Positions 1 through 13,734 are shown, counted from the first letter of the stretch. The stretch is 64,000 bases of DNA from Octopus vulgaris (GCA_951406725.2 OX597823.1:77376001-77440000), one strand, 5' to 3'. A program made the numbers and translations. The notes: generated by a model not told the origin, from the letters alone.

Positions 1-140
1 ACGTTTGTCTTCCATTCTAGCATGGGTTGGTTGATCTGACAGTTGCTTGCAAGCCAGATGATTGCACCAAGTTCCACTATCTGTTTTTGCATGGCTTTCA
101 TGGCTGGATGCCCTTCTTAATACCAGCCTCTTTACAGAAT
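1..140 (-). mobile_element. RTE-type LINE/SINE 3' tail fragment
   Basis: Reverse complement of the recurrent tail 'ggaagggcatccagc...caacccatgctagcatggaa..gacgttaaacgatgatg', which follows RTE-like coding remnants at 21030-21520. Confidence 0.65.
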
Positions 141-784
141 GGATTGAGTGCTTTTCACACATATACACACATTTATCTATATATACATGCAAACTCACAC
201 ACATACACACACACATATATTTTCACAATAATGATGATAATATACATACATACACACACATACACAAATATATATACATATATATTCATATATTTATATC
301 CTTTTAAGAAGAACTTGTACAACCATAGGTCCTCTTTTAAGATTCTGGAAGGACATTATGTCATACCTCTGACCAGCGACATGTGGTGTGTTCAGGATGA
401 AGGAATGCCACAGAAAATTGAGGGGGGTTCATAGAGGGACTGGGGTTCTATATAAGCATGAGTGGATGTTGCAAGCTTGGCATAGCAGAGCAAGCAATGA
501 TCCTTGAAGACTCACTTGACCGAGAGACTCTCTTAAACTCCAGAAACGAGATATATATCTCCTGTCCACATTTTAGATGCTCTTTGTGTAAAAGCCCTTA
601 TCAAAGTCTGGTTTCTCAACCCCCATGTATCATCCATTCACTATCATTGTCATACATTTTTAATCAGAAGGTAGCTATTAGTAGTTAGCAATGAATGATG
701 TGAGTATATTGTAAGGGAGAGAATTGTAAATTGAGGTATTTATCTGACTACTTACTTGACCAAAAGGCTTAGATATATATCCAC

Positions 785-819
<35 letters not shown>

Positions 820-1276
820 GTATGTAGGTATATATTGTTTTATTTGAATCAGTTTCTTGTTACTCTGATTTTCACCTGTAGGTTGACAGGATCTATAATA
901 AATTTATATTACAACTTGCCTGAAAAACCTGAGTACCTGTAGTTAAGATCCAGATAAAATAAGTTCGTAGCTCTGCAGCTAGAATAATCTGAGCCTATTG
1001 CTAAATGTTTGACATCATCTTCATATTGATCTAATAATTTTGATAAGACAACTCACAGTTTTCTAAGAAATGAATGCAAAAGTGAGTCATTGAAATCATT
1101 TATTACACATTCCAATGATAATAAAGTTTTGAAATATATCAGTCAGAAATGTGATTCTTAACACCTATATTAACTTCACATATGAAAATGTTATCATATT
1201 TTGACAAGAGTCGACATTTCTCAATGAAAGACCCTAAAGTTCCTTACATTCATCGTGCAACCAAGAGGAAGACATT

Positions 1277-1620
1277 TGCAAAATTAGATTTTATGGTCAT
1301 AAACACATGTTTATTAAAGGAAAATACACTGCATTTAGAAAGACTGAAAATTGTGTAATAAAGGAAAGGAAACTCTGTCAATCTTGTCATAGCTTTAAAA
1401 AGAAAATAGTGGAATGTGTTGAATGGACCAAAGAAAGGCCTGACATTGAAATGGATGTGTTTATACTACAATGCAAAAGAAAGATTAACGTCAGTTTGGA
1501 TTTACAAATAGATACCAATAGCTTAGTTTTTCTTGGATATTTCAGTGAACTAAAATTTCTTGAAATAATTTATTTACAACTTCACCAGCCTGGTAGATCA
1601 TGGATTAAAGCCTTGCTTAT
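1277..1620 (+). pseudogene. Decayed Ty3/Gypsy gag zinc-knuckle and aspartic protease remnant
   Basis: The frame of ORF 1307..1651, extended upstream, reads CKIRFYGHKHMFIKGKYTAFRKTENC (resembles gag CxFCGxxH...CPAxGKxC). It continues INVSLDLQIDTNSLVF (resembles the retropepsin active site xQIDTG). Confidence 0.5.
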
Positions 1621-1672
1621 CTCTGAAAGTACTCTAAAAACAGACACCTAATTTCATATTACATTAGTAATA

Positions 1673-1888
1673 TGAGGGGTTGCTTAAAAGTTTCTGGCTT
1701 TAATCATATCACAAAAGGCCTGGTTGGAGACCCAGCCTTCTGAGTTCTTTTACAGGGTTTAGAAAACTAAAAGGACTGCTGCAATAAGTGTGTGAATCTG
1801 AGAAGTGAATATGCAGAATAAACCCATATTTAACAATTCCTCTGGTATTTTCTTTTACCCATAGCAAGGAATTTTCAGCACCCCCTTG
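1673..1888 (+). mobile_element. Mariner-like MITE (internally deleted)
   Basis: TA at 1671-72 and 1889-90. Imperfect TIRs tgaggggttgcttaaaagtttctggctt / agcaaggaattttcagcacccccttg. Internal NKCVNLRSEYAE* resembles the mariner transposase C-terminus (KCVxxxGxYVE*). Confidence 0.75.
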
Positions 1889-1967
1889 TAAGTGTGAACT
1901 GAGAGGAAAGTCCACACCTACGATATAATATATCAGTTCCAACAAGATGTTGGAACTGATATATTAA

Positions 1968-2189
1968 CCCTTTTGTTACTGTATTTATTTTGAGATACTT
2001 TGTGTTTCTTTCAATTAATTTTAAATATAACAAAGAATTTAGTAAAATAACTTGGTTATCATTAAGCTAGTGTTAGGATCATAAATTATGACTAAGGTTT
2101 GGTGGAAGATTTTAATTCAAAACTTATGAAAACAAGACATTTGGACTCAAGAGCCAGAGCCGGTTTCGGCCAGGTTGATAATGAAAGGG
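1968..2189. mobile_element. piggyBac-like MITE
   Basis: TTAA at 1964-67 and 2190-93, termini CCCTTT...AAAGGG. A related copy lies at about 41033-41377. Confidence 0.75.
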
Positions 2190-2672
2190 TTAAATTTTTA
2201 TCATGCAAAACTACTAAGCTGTTCTGTACCTGATGTTGACAACTCTAGTAAACTTAGGTGTCATATGGTCAGAGATGAATAAAAATGTATGCATTTCATT
2301 CAGTGAATTTTTTAAAATGCCAATTAATATCCCCCTCCCCACTACTTGCTGTGCAATTATAAGATATAATTGAAAATAGTGCATCAGAGAATGTTTTATT
2401 TCATGAGCATTAGAATTGTTGTATAAACGAAATCAGATGAAGATTTACATGTTTATACTGACTACGGTGATAATCACAATGTTTGCTTGGACTGGTGATA
2501 ATTGAACATATGTTAATGAAAAACAAAGATATGTTGTTGGCAGTAAGGCTGCATTGAATAATGAAGAAGACGTGATTATTTTTTTTACAATAATAACGAT
2601 TCTAGTTATGTTAGTATCAAGAGGTAATTATTTCTGTCATATGTAGATGTCTACATCTGAAAGTTATATATC

Positions 2673-2745
<73 letters not shown>

Positions 2746-3039
2746 ATTTTGTTTGCCATCTGTCATAAGGTGTATGTAAGGGTAGAGAGAAGGAATAACA
2801 GTGTATTTCATAAACAAGAAATACTAGAATGTCCTTTAATGGTCTGACTGCAAGACAAGGCCTTTGCTGAAATTAAGAAAACTTTGGCTCATTACAAAAT
2901 CAAAATGTATTTATAAGGGAAGTGGCTGATATTACAGAATCTTTTGTTTTCTTTGCAGTTGTTTTGAGGTCTGCCAACATCTTGTCACTGCTATTATTTT
3001 TAGAAATTGTTGTAATATGGAATGGTAGGTATTTGTCTT

Positions 3040-3240
3040 TTATTTTTTACATGTTCCAGTCATTAGACAGCTACCATGCTGGGGCACCACCGTGAAGAAC
3101 TTTTAGTCGAATGAATCAACCCTAGAATTTACTTTTTAAAGTCCAGTACTTATTCTATTGGTCTCTTTTGCTGAACTGCTAAGTTACAAGGATGTAAACA
3201 AACCAATACCAGTTTTCAAGTGGTGGTAGTAGACAATCAT
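3040..3240 (-). mobile_element. SINE family A, 3' half
   Basis: Reverse complement of the family A tail (gaataagtact...ggtgccccagcatgg...atgactggaaca). Confidence 0.7.
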
Positions 3241-3277
3241 AGATAAATATACATATGCATATATCATCATCATCATT

Positions 3278-3685
3278 GGCGTAGGAGTGGCTGTGTAGTA
3301 AGTAGCTTGCTTACCAACCACATGGTTCCAGGTTCAGTCCCACTGCGTGGTACCTTGAGCAAGTGTCTTCTACTATAGCCTTGGGCTGACCAAAGCCATG
3401 TGAGTGGATTTGGTAGACAGAAACTGAAAGAAGCCCGTCGTATATATACATATATATGTGTGTATGTGTGTGTGTATATGTTTGTGTTTTTGTGTTTGTT
3501 CCCCCAGCATCGCTTGACAACCAATGCTGGTGTGTTTACGTCTCCGTAACTTAGTGGTTTGGCAAGGGACACTGATAGAATAAGTATTAGGCTTAGAAAG
3601 GATAAGTCCTGGGATCGATTTGTTCAACTGAAGGCGGTGCTCCAGCATGACCATAGTCAAATGACTGAAACAAATCAAAGAATAA
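3278..3685 (+). mobile_element. tRNA-derived SINE family A (CORE-like; octopus OR-type), full length
   Basis: Head ggcgtaggagtggctgtgtagtaag (A box) and ggttcagtccc (B box); CORE-like accttgagcaagt; internal (TA)/(TG) tract; conserved tail ...cagtcaaatgactgaaacaa. Many copies in the window. Confidence 0.85.
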
Positions 3686-3692
3686 ATCATTA

Positions 3693-3995
3693 TTTAACAT
3701 CTGTTGTCTATGCCGGCATAGGTTGGACAGTTGACAAGGGCTGGCAAGCTGAAAGGCTGCACCAGACTCCAGTCTGGTTTCACATGGTTTCTATGGCTGG
3801 ATGCCCTTCCTAACGTCAACCACTCTGAGAGCGTAATGGCTGCTTTTACATGCCACCAACATGGGTGCCATTTGCATGACACCAGCATCTGCCATGACTA
3901 TGATTTTATTTGGCTTGATGGGTCTTCTTCTCAAGCACAACATAATACCAAAGGCCTTGATCATTCGTCATTGCCTCCTTGAGGCCCAACCCTCG
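3693..3995 (-). mobile_element. RTE-type 3' tail with C-terminal remnant
   Basis: Same tail family as 21030-21855, in reverse orientation. Confidence 0.7.
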
Positions 3996-4214
3996 AAAGG
4001 GGCTTTTTTACATACTACTGGCATACATCCCAGCATCAGCCACAGTATATATATATATACATACATATATGTATATTTGTGTATGAGTATGTATGTATAT
4101 ATATATATGTATGTATGCATATGCATTTTTATATATATATATACACATACACATATATATATACATACATGTATATATATAGAGAGAGAGAGAGGGAGAG
4201 AGAGAGAGATGGAG

Positions 4215-4369
4215 GGCTTCCTTCAGTTTCTGTCTACCAAATGTACTCACAAGGCTTTGGTCAGCCTGGGGCTAGAGTAGAAGACACTTACCCAAGATGT
4301 CACACAGTGGGAGTGAACCTATAACCATGTGGTTGGGAAGCAAGCTTCTTACAACACAGCCATGCCTGC
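4215..4369 (-). mobile_element. SINE family A, 5' half
   Basis: Reverse complement of the tRNA head plus CORE-like segment. Confidence 0.75.
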
Positions 4370-4849
4370 TCTTAGACGTGTTCTTTACTTACACATGCAG
4401 CTTGGTACTGCTGTCATAAATTTGCCAGATATGGTTATATTGGTTAAACCACGAATTTAAATCTAAACAAAGCTGCTGTAAGATTAATTCAAAGAAGGAA
4501 TCTGCTACAGACTCTTTTATAGTCTCATATTGAATTTACTTTACTTTCTTCAATTAGAGTGGAATTTTTCTAGAATGTAATCTCAGAGGTGCAACTACCA
4601 AATCCAAATAGATGATTTCAAAGACATCACAACCAGCAGCACCTCTAGCAGGTTGTTGTCATGGATACAAATATCTTATGATTAAAAATTAAAAGTGTTC
4701 TTTTCTTACTTTGTAATAGAAAATTCCAGGCACATCTGTTATCTAAGGGATGTGTACCGTCAATAGAAACAGGATATGAAGACTGAGATATTCCTTTCAA
4801 ATTAAGGTCTTTTCCCAGATTGACATAGATTACAGAAAATATTAAATGT

Positions 4850-5820
4850 TTCTCCAGCCTCTAATAAGAAAGAAATGGGGTACTTCTTGTAACTGGTAAA
4901 TTTTTATGGCTGACATTTCCCAAAATATTCTGAAATGATCAAACCATTTGTGAATTTATGCAAGCAAAATGTTGCATTTGCAAGGAGTATTCAATAATTT
5001 TATAAACGCTGTTCCTGGGAATCATGTTATAAATATACTTGATGCCAACAAAGATGTCACGTTGACAACTGATACAAGTGAATAGTCTATATCAGGAATT
5101 CTATGGCAGGATAATCATCTAGTGCTATATTTATGGAGGAGATTAACTGCTGCTGAATCTCATTATTCAGATATTGAGAAGGAGGAATCAGCAACTGTGT
5201 GGACCACTAACTGTGTCCATCATTTTTCCCTAGTCAGAAAATTCCCACATAGATCCAATCATACATCTCTTGGATTTTATCTTTAATTTATGCCAATAAC
5301 TTCCCCATGTTATAGATGGAGAAAACTGTAGCAGGCCATATATCTGACGGCATTTGATTTTTATACATCAAAAGGGTATCCATTCATCACATTAATGTTT
5401 CCTCTGTTCAATTTCGGACTATGACTGCAGGATATAAGTTCAGGTAATGATGGAGATAAATTCAAAGAAGAGAAAGGAGTGAGCACGTTAAATTTTTATA
5501 ACCTTGTTTCAGAAACATTGTGATTCAATGTTAGGAAGAACTGTTTCCAGAAAGGGGGGGGGGGGGGAAATGTGTGTAGCAACAGCTCTAATGTGGAGAT
5601 ATTTTAAGAGTGGGTCAAGCATCGATTAACTCTTGAGCAGTGGCTTTGTTGTTACTGTGTTCATAATGTTCTCTTTGAAGTATCCTGAAAGCAAATCATT
5701 GAAGCTGTTCATGACAATACCCATTGTGGCACTACTGCTACCTGCAGTCACCTGAAGCATGAACTATGATAACCTAGTAATTTGTATGATGTCAAGGACT
5801 ACATATGTAGATGTCTTGAC
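4850..5820 (+). pseudogene. Decayed Ty3/Gypsy pol: RT end, RNase H and integrase zinc finger
   Basis: 4851: SPASNKKEMGYFL*LVNFYG*HFPKYSEMIKPFVNLCKQNVAF. 5041: DANKDVTLTTDTSE*SISGILWQDNHLVLYLWRRLTAAESHYSDIEKEESATVW...HHFSLVRKF (RNase H TDAS / YSxIEKE motifs). ~5693: QIIEAVHDNTHCGTTATCSHLKHEL**PSNLYDVKDYICRC (HHCC finger). Contains stops and frameshifts. Confidence 0.88.
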
Positions 5821-6391
5821 TCTTTAGTTACCATATTTGCTGAAATATGCTGCTTTTGTTTCAGTTTAGGAACTTTGAGGGATATGAAATAAAGCAGATT
5901 TTTAATGATGGGACTTGAAATAGATAAAGCTACAAATAACAGTGTGTAAATATTGGGTTAAAAAACCTCGAATGGAAAATGTTAACGTTAGTTCATGGGA
6001 TTTGAACCCACATATTCTGAATTATGAGTTATTAGATCCACCTTTAAAAATAATTATTATTATTTCATATCTGTCGCAGTTTCTAAATTTTTATGATATA
6101 AGTAACATATAATTATTGCAGGTAAGAACAAATCATTAAAAATAGCATAATGATGGAATGTCTACCATGTTTACTGAAAATGTGAGTTTAAACCTCACAG
6201 GCAACCTTTAACATTTACCATTCAAGGGATTTTTACCATTCAAGGGATTCTACATTCTTTATTTATAACTTAATCTACTTCAAGTTATAAAAAAAATACC
6301 CATTTATATTATATCTCTTAAAGCTTCTAAATTTTTATCATGTAGCACATATTATATTTATATATATATAAGTATATATGCACATATACAT

Positions 6392-6444
6392 GATAGATAG
6401 ATAAGAAGATAGATAGATGGATAGGTAGATAGATAGATAGATTA

Positions 6445-6518
<74 letters not shown>

Positions 6519-6527
6519 GGATGGATG

Positions 6528-6602
<75 letters not shown>

Positions 6603-6623
6603 CGATGGATGGATGGATGGATG

Positions 6624-6705
<82 letters not shown>
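6392..6705. repeat. (GATA)n/(GATG)n microsatellite
   Basis: Direct reading; about 310 bp. Confidence 0.97.
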
Positions 6706-6706
<1 letters not shown>

Positions 6707-7091
6707 TTGCTAAAACTTGATAAAAATCTTGTAAGATTGTACGGTTGATAGAATTCTTTAATAGAATCACAAAATGGAATACCAGAGAGAAACATGTACT
6801 TAACTTTCTTAATATTTTTTTTTTTTTAAGGTGATATAATAGTATAGAGTTTAAGGTTTGTTAAATGGCACAGGAAAGTTAATTTAGTTTATGATGACAT
6901 AAGTCCTTAGTGATATGCAATAAAAAATTTTGAAGTCATGTAATTTGCTGTATCAACTACAAGGAAGTTTAACAACATTCGATACATCTAAGAATAGATA
7001 AAATTTAATTTTCTTTCGATGAATGCAACATGAACTTGTGAAGCATTGTCTTCTCTGTCAAAGGAGCAAACTGGTTTATGCATGTTTGCTC

Positions 7092-7300
<209 letters not shown>

Positions 7301-7419
7301 AAGTGAATAAATAAATATATTTAAGTGAAAAAATTGGTGGATTTTTTCTCTTATGAGGTTTTTCACGCTAACTACTTGATAAATTTTTATAAAGATTTTA
7401 CCCTATTTTTAAATTGTAT

Positions 7420-7451
<32 letters not shown>

Positions 7452-7474
7452 GGAAGAGAGGGTGTATATATATT

Positions 7475-7730
7475 ATCATCATAATTTAGCATCTGCTTTT
7501 CATGCTGGAATGGGTTAGACAGTTTAACTGCAACTTGTAAGCCAGAGAGCTGTACCAAATTCCAGTCTGATTTGGCTTGGTTTCTACAGCTGGATGCCCT
7601 TCCTAATGCCAATCTCTCCAAGAGAGTAATGAGCGTTTTCAATGTGCCACTGGCGTGGGTGTTTTGTGTGCCAGTTACATGACACCAACATCAACCATGA
7701 CTAAGATATCACTTGGCTTAATGAGTCTTC
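7475..7730 (-). mobile_element. RTE-type 3' tail
   Basis: catgctggaatgggtt...tctacagctggatgcccttcctaatgcc, matching the family on the minus strand. Confidence 0.7.
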
Positions 7731-7839
7731 TCACTGATTCTCTCCACTTGTCATCAAAAACAGTACTTCACCGGGTATGTAATTATATATATGTGTGTGA
7801 GTGTGTGTGTGTGTATTATGTATTGTGTATATATATATC

Positions 7840-8212
7840 TACAAGCAAAACGCTCCCCCATGCCATGGAGGGTGCTGAGTTGTCAAACATTTAAACCAAG
7901 TTTTCTCAAAACAACTTGTCCGACCATCCCATTGGCCTCCCTTTTGAGAAACACTGATTTAACCTAAATTTGCGACACCAGCAAAAGAAGAAATAAAGAT
8001 AGAATTTTTTTCTATTCCAAAGAAAAATGATTTTATTCACTTTATCGATCACATTCTCACCTGGAATTGATTTTTGTAATTTTTTCAAGACTTATACACA
8101 TCCTGGTACCATCGGTATCTACATATCAAATTTGAGCGCAATCGGATGGAGGATGCCTGAAATCCTAGAAGACACACACACAGACAGGCAGACAGAACAG
8201 ATTTTATATATA
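7840..8212 (-). mobile_element. Non-autonomous Helitron-like element
   Basis: The minus strand starts tatatataaaatctgttctgtctgcctgtctgtgtgtgtgtc, has internal ccgattgcgctcaaatttg, and ends with a GC-rich hairpin (ctccatggcatgggg) then CTTGT (approximately CTAGT). This is the usual layout of short Helitrons. Confidence 0.55.
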
Positions 8213-8419
8213 ATATATATATATATTTATATATATATATATATGTATGTATGTCATTTTGTTTAACATCTGTTTTCCATGCTAGCATGGGTTGGAAGGA
8301 TATATATATATAAATATACATATATATATACATACATATAACTGTATAGATATATATATGTGTGTATGTATGTGTATAAGTGCGTATGTATGTATACACA
8401 CACATGTGTGCATACATAT

Positions 8420-8612
8420 AGCCAAAGGTCTCAGTCACTTGTCATTGCTTACATGAGGCCCAACGGTTGAAGATCATGCTTCACCACCTCATCCCATATC
8501 TTCCTGGGTCTACCTCTTCCACAATCTCACTTCAGAGTTTGAGATCCACACTTCTTTATACAGCTGTCCACATCCATAAGCATCTCATGACCATACCAAC
8601 ACAGTCATCTCT
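8420..8612 (-). mobile_element. RTE LINE C-terminal fragment
   Basis: The minus strand encodes approximately LLVWS..LMDVDSCIKKCGSQTLK..CGRGRPRKIWDEVVKHDLQPLGLM (frameshifted), the RTE C-terminal GRPRKTW motif. Confidence 0.7.
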
Positions 8613-8699
8613 TTTGAGTATTTCTTCACTTTATAGTTAAAATGCTTTTATCGTAATTTGATATAGAAACAGACATTAATATTTTATGTATGTATGTAT

Positions 8700-8906
8700 A
8701 CTCTTTTACTTGTTTCAGTCATTTGACTGTGGCCATGCTGGAGCAACGCCTTTAGTCAAGCAAATCGACCCCAGGACTTATTCTTTAGATGCCTAGTACT
8801 TATTCTATCGGTATCTTTTGCTGAACCGCTAAGTGATGGGGATGTAAACACACCAGCATCAGTTGTCAAGCGATGTTGGGGGGACAAACACAGACACAAA
8901 ACATGT

Positions 8907-8959
<53 letters not shown>

Positions 8960-9119
8960 TACAACGGGCTTCTTTCAGTTTCCATCTACCAAATCACAAG
9001 GTTTTGGTTGGCCTGAGGCTATAATGGAAGACACTTGCCCAAGGTTCCACACAGTGGGACTGAACCCGGAACCATGTGGTTGGTAAGCAAACTACTTACC
9101 ACACAACCACTCCTGCACC
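8700..9119 (-). mobile_element. SINE family A, full length
   Basis: Complete reverse-complement match to 3278-3685. Confidence 0.88.
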
Positions 9120-10097
9120 TATGAAGTATTTTTTTTAAGTATATGAAGTATTTTCTTAAGCTGTTATAGTGCTAAAGAATCTAAATCAATTAATATAAAA
9201 TAAAGCTGAAGCAAAAGAAAACACCAAATATATAGTGCATGTGTTTTTATAGGCTAAATTGGCAACATGACTACCACCAAATACAACAAATCTATGACAA
9301 TTATTCCTTATATAGCAAAGAAAAAGCATAGATATCAAACAATGTGATTGCTGTACAGCAGACAACTGTAAGCATAAATTTCATCAAAATTGACAGGATA
9401 ATTTTCAACTATCAGTATTAGAGGCTTTAATTGAAAAAAAACTGGAATGTATATATATTTTGCCTTATTTAAAGCATTGAGAAATTTGGAAACAATTTTT
9501 TCCACAGATATATTATGGTTCTACTTGTATTGTAACTGCTTCTTAAAAAAAGGCATATTTTCAAACATGCCAATGCTTCTAGCAAACTGAACCAAGTTTC
9601 CTTTCTAACCTAAAGCTTCCAATTTTGATGGCTGATTGTGGTCAAGTTGCTTTGGAGAAATGATTATCACAGTATATAACAGTTTTATGTTGATTCCTTG
9701 AGCTGATTCTGTCCACTTTTCTTGTCATCAAAAGCAGTACTTCACCTGGTATGTAATTATATATATATATACATATATATGTGTGTGTGAGTGTATCTAT
9801 TATATAAATACATATATATATATATGTGTATAGATGTATATATACATATGTATATAAGTGTGTATGTATGTATACACGCACATGAGTGCATACATGTATA
9901 AATATAGCTACTATTAAGAGCTTTGTTACATCTTTAAAAAGTGATTTTTCTACATTTCTTCTGTGTGTATGCTTGTATATATATGTGTATAAATACATAC
10001 GGCATACAGATATATACATTAACCCCATATATATATACACCTCACACACAACCATAAATATATAAAACCTCCATTTACATATATATTTATACACACG

Positions 10098-10128
<31 letters not shown>

Positions 10129-10519
10129 TAATACACTCACACACTCGCAGACAAACACACAACTAACATTGGGAGAGAATGGAAATCATTTCTAATGAGA
10201 CCAGATTGTTATTTTTGAATCACAAAACATTGGTATGTTGCTTGTTTCTTAGATTCTTAGAGAGCATAAGAGATTGTAATGTTTGTGTCTTGGGGCTTCT
10301 TGCTATATTTTCTATTTGCATTTTATTTCCAAATTCCATATAGAATAATATGTTAGCGATTTTCGAACACTAGTTTAAAGTTGAAAGAAATAACAAGATA
10401 GAGATAGAGTTAGGGAGAAAGAAAAAAGAAAATCTTGAGATATACAATCTACATAAATTTCTGTATTTATATTTTCTAACTGAAACACCTCCCTCTGGGT
10501 GAGTTTTTCTCAGTTTATG

Positions 10520-10606
10520 TAATATATATATACGCACACACACACACACATATATGTGTGTCTGTATGTGACTAAATATATTTTGTTATTTTTCATATAT
10601 ATATAT

Positions 10607-10637
<31 letters not shown>

Positions 10638-10658
10638 GATTTGTATATACACATATAC

Positions 10659-10690
<32 letters not shown>

Positions 10691-10727
10691 TTATATATAT
10701 GTGCGTGTGTGTGTATATATATATATG

Positions 10728-10758
<31 letters not shown>

Positions 10759-10805
10759 GTATGTATGTATATATATATACACACACACACATATATAAGT
10801 ATATG

Positions 10806-10840
<35 letters not shown>

Positions 10841-10865
10841 ATATATATACATATACTTATATATA

Positions 10866-10922
<57 letters not shown>
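10520..10922. repeat. Compound (TA)n/(TG)n/(GA)n microsatellite
   Basis: Direct reading. Confidence 0.95.
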
Positions 10923-12217
10923 TCAGAGTGAGTGGACTAATGAAAGAAAGGCACTCAACAAATTTATTGAGAGTTACATGTATGGATTCAAATTTGTTGG
11001 TACACTTGAGTTTCAAGCAGGATGCTAGTCTTCAGCCATTTTGAATTTGATTTCCTGTCCACCATGCAATCAATGTCCTGTTCCACATGCAGTATTTTCC
11101 AACAAACTATTACTGATACCAACGTCAAACCATGACATCACGTGACCTTCATCAACGAACCACAGCCCACCTTATGGCAATATAGATTTAATTAATTCTG
11201 GTCATCAACCTACTATATTTCATTATGCAGGCAATAGTTTCCTTACATTAATTATGAAAAGTTTCGATAAAATGTGAAGTAAAGTTCCTGATGAGTATGT
11301 GGAGTGGAAACTAGTTGTATTGAGCCTCAATTTAGTTGTTAAAAAAACCTGTGGTCTATCCGTTGGTTTTATTTTCACAGCAACACTAAATAAATATGTA
11401 ACATATCATATATGACTGTGAAATATTGTTGTGGAAGTATTCCAACCACCCAACAAGTGGCTAAAGGTTGACTGACTTATTGTTATAAATTAAAGAACTG
11501 TGAGCAATTGGCAGTTCAGGTTGGCAAGCAGTTCACTGTGAGCCTTTGATATGGAGCATTGAGTCTCATGTAAATATTTTCTTTTCCCACTGCTTCATTA
11601 TATTATATGTCCAATACAAGGATGTAAAAAATATACAGACACAGATGTACACAATGCTCACATGTCCATACATGTATACATGCTTATATATGCATCACAT
11701 TTAACTAAGAACATTTATGAAAGAGCTGCAGTAAAATATACAGACCACAAGCTGAGTTTAAAAAATTATCTTTGCTTAGCAACCCATTAACAAGCTATGA
11801 ACTTATTCACTATTCTGTGTATGTATGTACCTGTGTCTATAAAGGCGAGTGTTTGTATGTCCATATAAGTATAGATACACACACATGCTCACATGCATGC
11901 ATGCATGCAGGTACACACATACACACGTACACACATACACACACTTATAAATGCCAGTATCTTTTGACCCGTATTCATTCCATTGATTGTTGGTGAGAAA
12001 TCACCTTGCTTGCCAATTGTCTTCTTGTACAATGCAGCTTCCAAAAGCATAATTCAGACATTGTTTCAAAGTTGCATTGGTGCCAGCTGGACATTCTCAA
12101 GAATTCTGTTCCATAACTCAGACATCACTTTGCCACCATCTCATTAATTCCTTCAAAAGAGAAATCCTGTTTCTAATGTAGCATTTTTGTGTATTTTCAG
12201 TTTCTCCTTCTCCTCTC

Positions 12218-12644
12218 TGTATGTGAATATCTATGTATGCATGTATGTGTGTATGTATGTATGCATACATGCAAGTGTGTATGTATGTGTGTGTGTATGT
12301 ATGTGGGTGTGTGGGTATGTATGCATGTATGTATGATTGTCTGTGGAGGTGTGCATGTGGATGTATATGTATGTATGCATGTGTGTGTATGTATGTTTGT
12401 GTGGGTATGTATGTATGCATGTATATATGTATGAATGTATGTGTGTATGTGTGAGTATGTATTCGTGTCTATGTGCATATGTATGTATGTATGTGTGTGC
12501 ATATGTATGTACTTATGTATCTATATGTATGTATGTGTGCATATGTATATATGTATGTATGTATGAATAAATGTATGTATGTATGTCTATGTGCATATAT
12601 ATGTACGTATCTATGTATGAATGTATGTATCTGTGAGTATTATG

Positions 12645-12677
<33 letters not shown>

Positions 12678-12770
12678 GTATATATATATATGAATGTATG
12701 CATGTATGTATGTCTATGTGCATATGTATGTATGCATGTATGTGTGTACGTGTGCGTATGTATGTATGTA
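12218..12770. repeat. Degenerate (TATG)n/(TG)n microsatellite
   Basis: Direct reading. Confidence 0.95.
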
Positions 12771-13135
12771 GGTAGCCATAGGCATAGTTGTGTGGCTAAA
12801 ACAACCATGTGTTTTCTAGTTCAATCCCCCTGCATGGAACCTTGGATAAAATGCTTTCTACAATAGTCACAGATCAACCAATGCCTTCATTGAATTTGAT
12901 GAACGGAAAATGTGTCGAAGCCCATATGCGAATGTGTGTTTGTGTTTATTCCCCACTACTTAATAACCAGAGTTGACTTGTTTACATCCCTACAACTTAA
13001 AGGTTTGACAAAAGAGACAAACAGAATAAGGACCAGACTTTAAAATAAGCACAGGGGTTGATTTGTTTCACAAAAACCTTCAAGGTGGCACCACAGCATG
13101 GCAGCAGGCCAATGACTGAAAAAAGAAAGAGATAA
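12770..13135 (+). mobile_element. SINE family A, diverged copy
   Basis: ggcatagttgtgtggc...gttcaatcccc...accttgg...cagcatggcagcaggccaatgactgaaa. Confidence 0.7.
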
Positions 13136-13679
13136 AAAGCTATATAATATACACATACACACACACACTTATTAGATTAGCACTTCAGCTGCATTAAAGG
13201 TGAGCTGTTACCCTGTGCCGGTGCCACTCTAATGTCTAAAACTGAAAATATGTAAAGTTCCACTTTGAATACTGCATAAACTGGCATTGCAAGCAGAGTT
13301 GATACAGAAACAATTGTAACAAATCATTAAAAATGTATTAAGGGATTTCTTTGTCTTATTATTTGGGTTATTATTTCCTCTTTGTTACACCCACACAATG
13401 GTTTTACTGTTGTGAATCCAAGATTTTCTACACTTAAAGAGTTTTGGTATTAGTCTTGTATCTAACAGTGTCGATAGCTCAGCACTCAGATTGAGTGCTT
13501 TTTTAGAAATACCCTATCTTTATACTCTTCCAGGACTTAAGATTTCATATATATATATATATATACATACACTTATATATATGTATATATATATATATAT
13601 ATGGTGCCCCAGCTTGGCCGCGGCCTTCAGGCTAAAACATTTTTAAGGATTTAAGGATGTGTGTGTATATATGTGGGTA

Positions 13680-13730
<51 letters not shown>

Positions 13731-13734
13731 ATGT

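Noticed and set aside
6214-6249. 18-bp exact tandem duplication tttaccattcaagggatt
   Set aside because: Ordinary slippage duplication with no further structure.
12005-12166. Possible minus-strand coding exon
   Set aside because: Weak splice signals and stops in all three frames.
13481-13510. 8-bp hairpin agcactca/tgagtgct with faint hammerhead-like flanks
   Set aside because: Both core motifs would need multiple substitutions.
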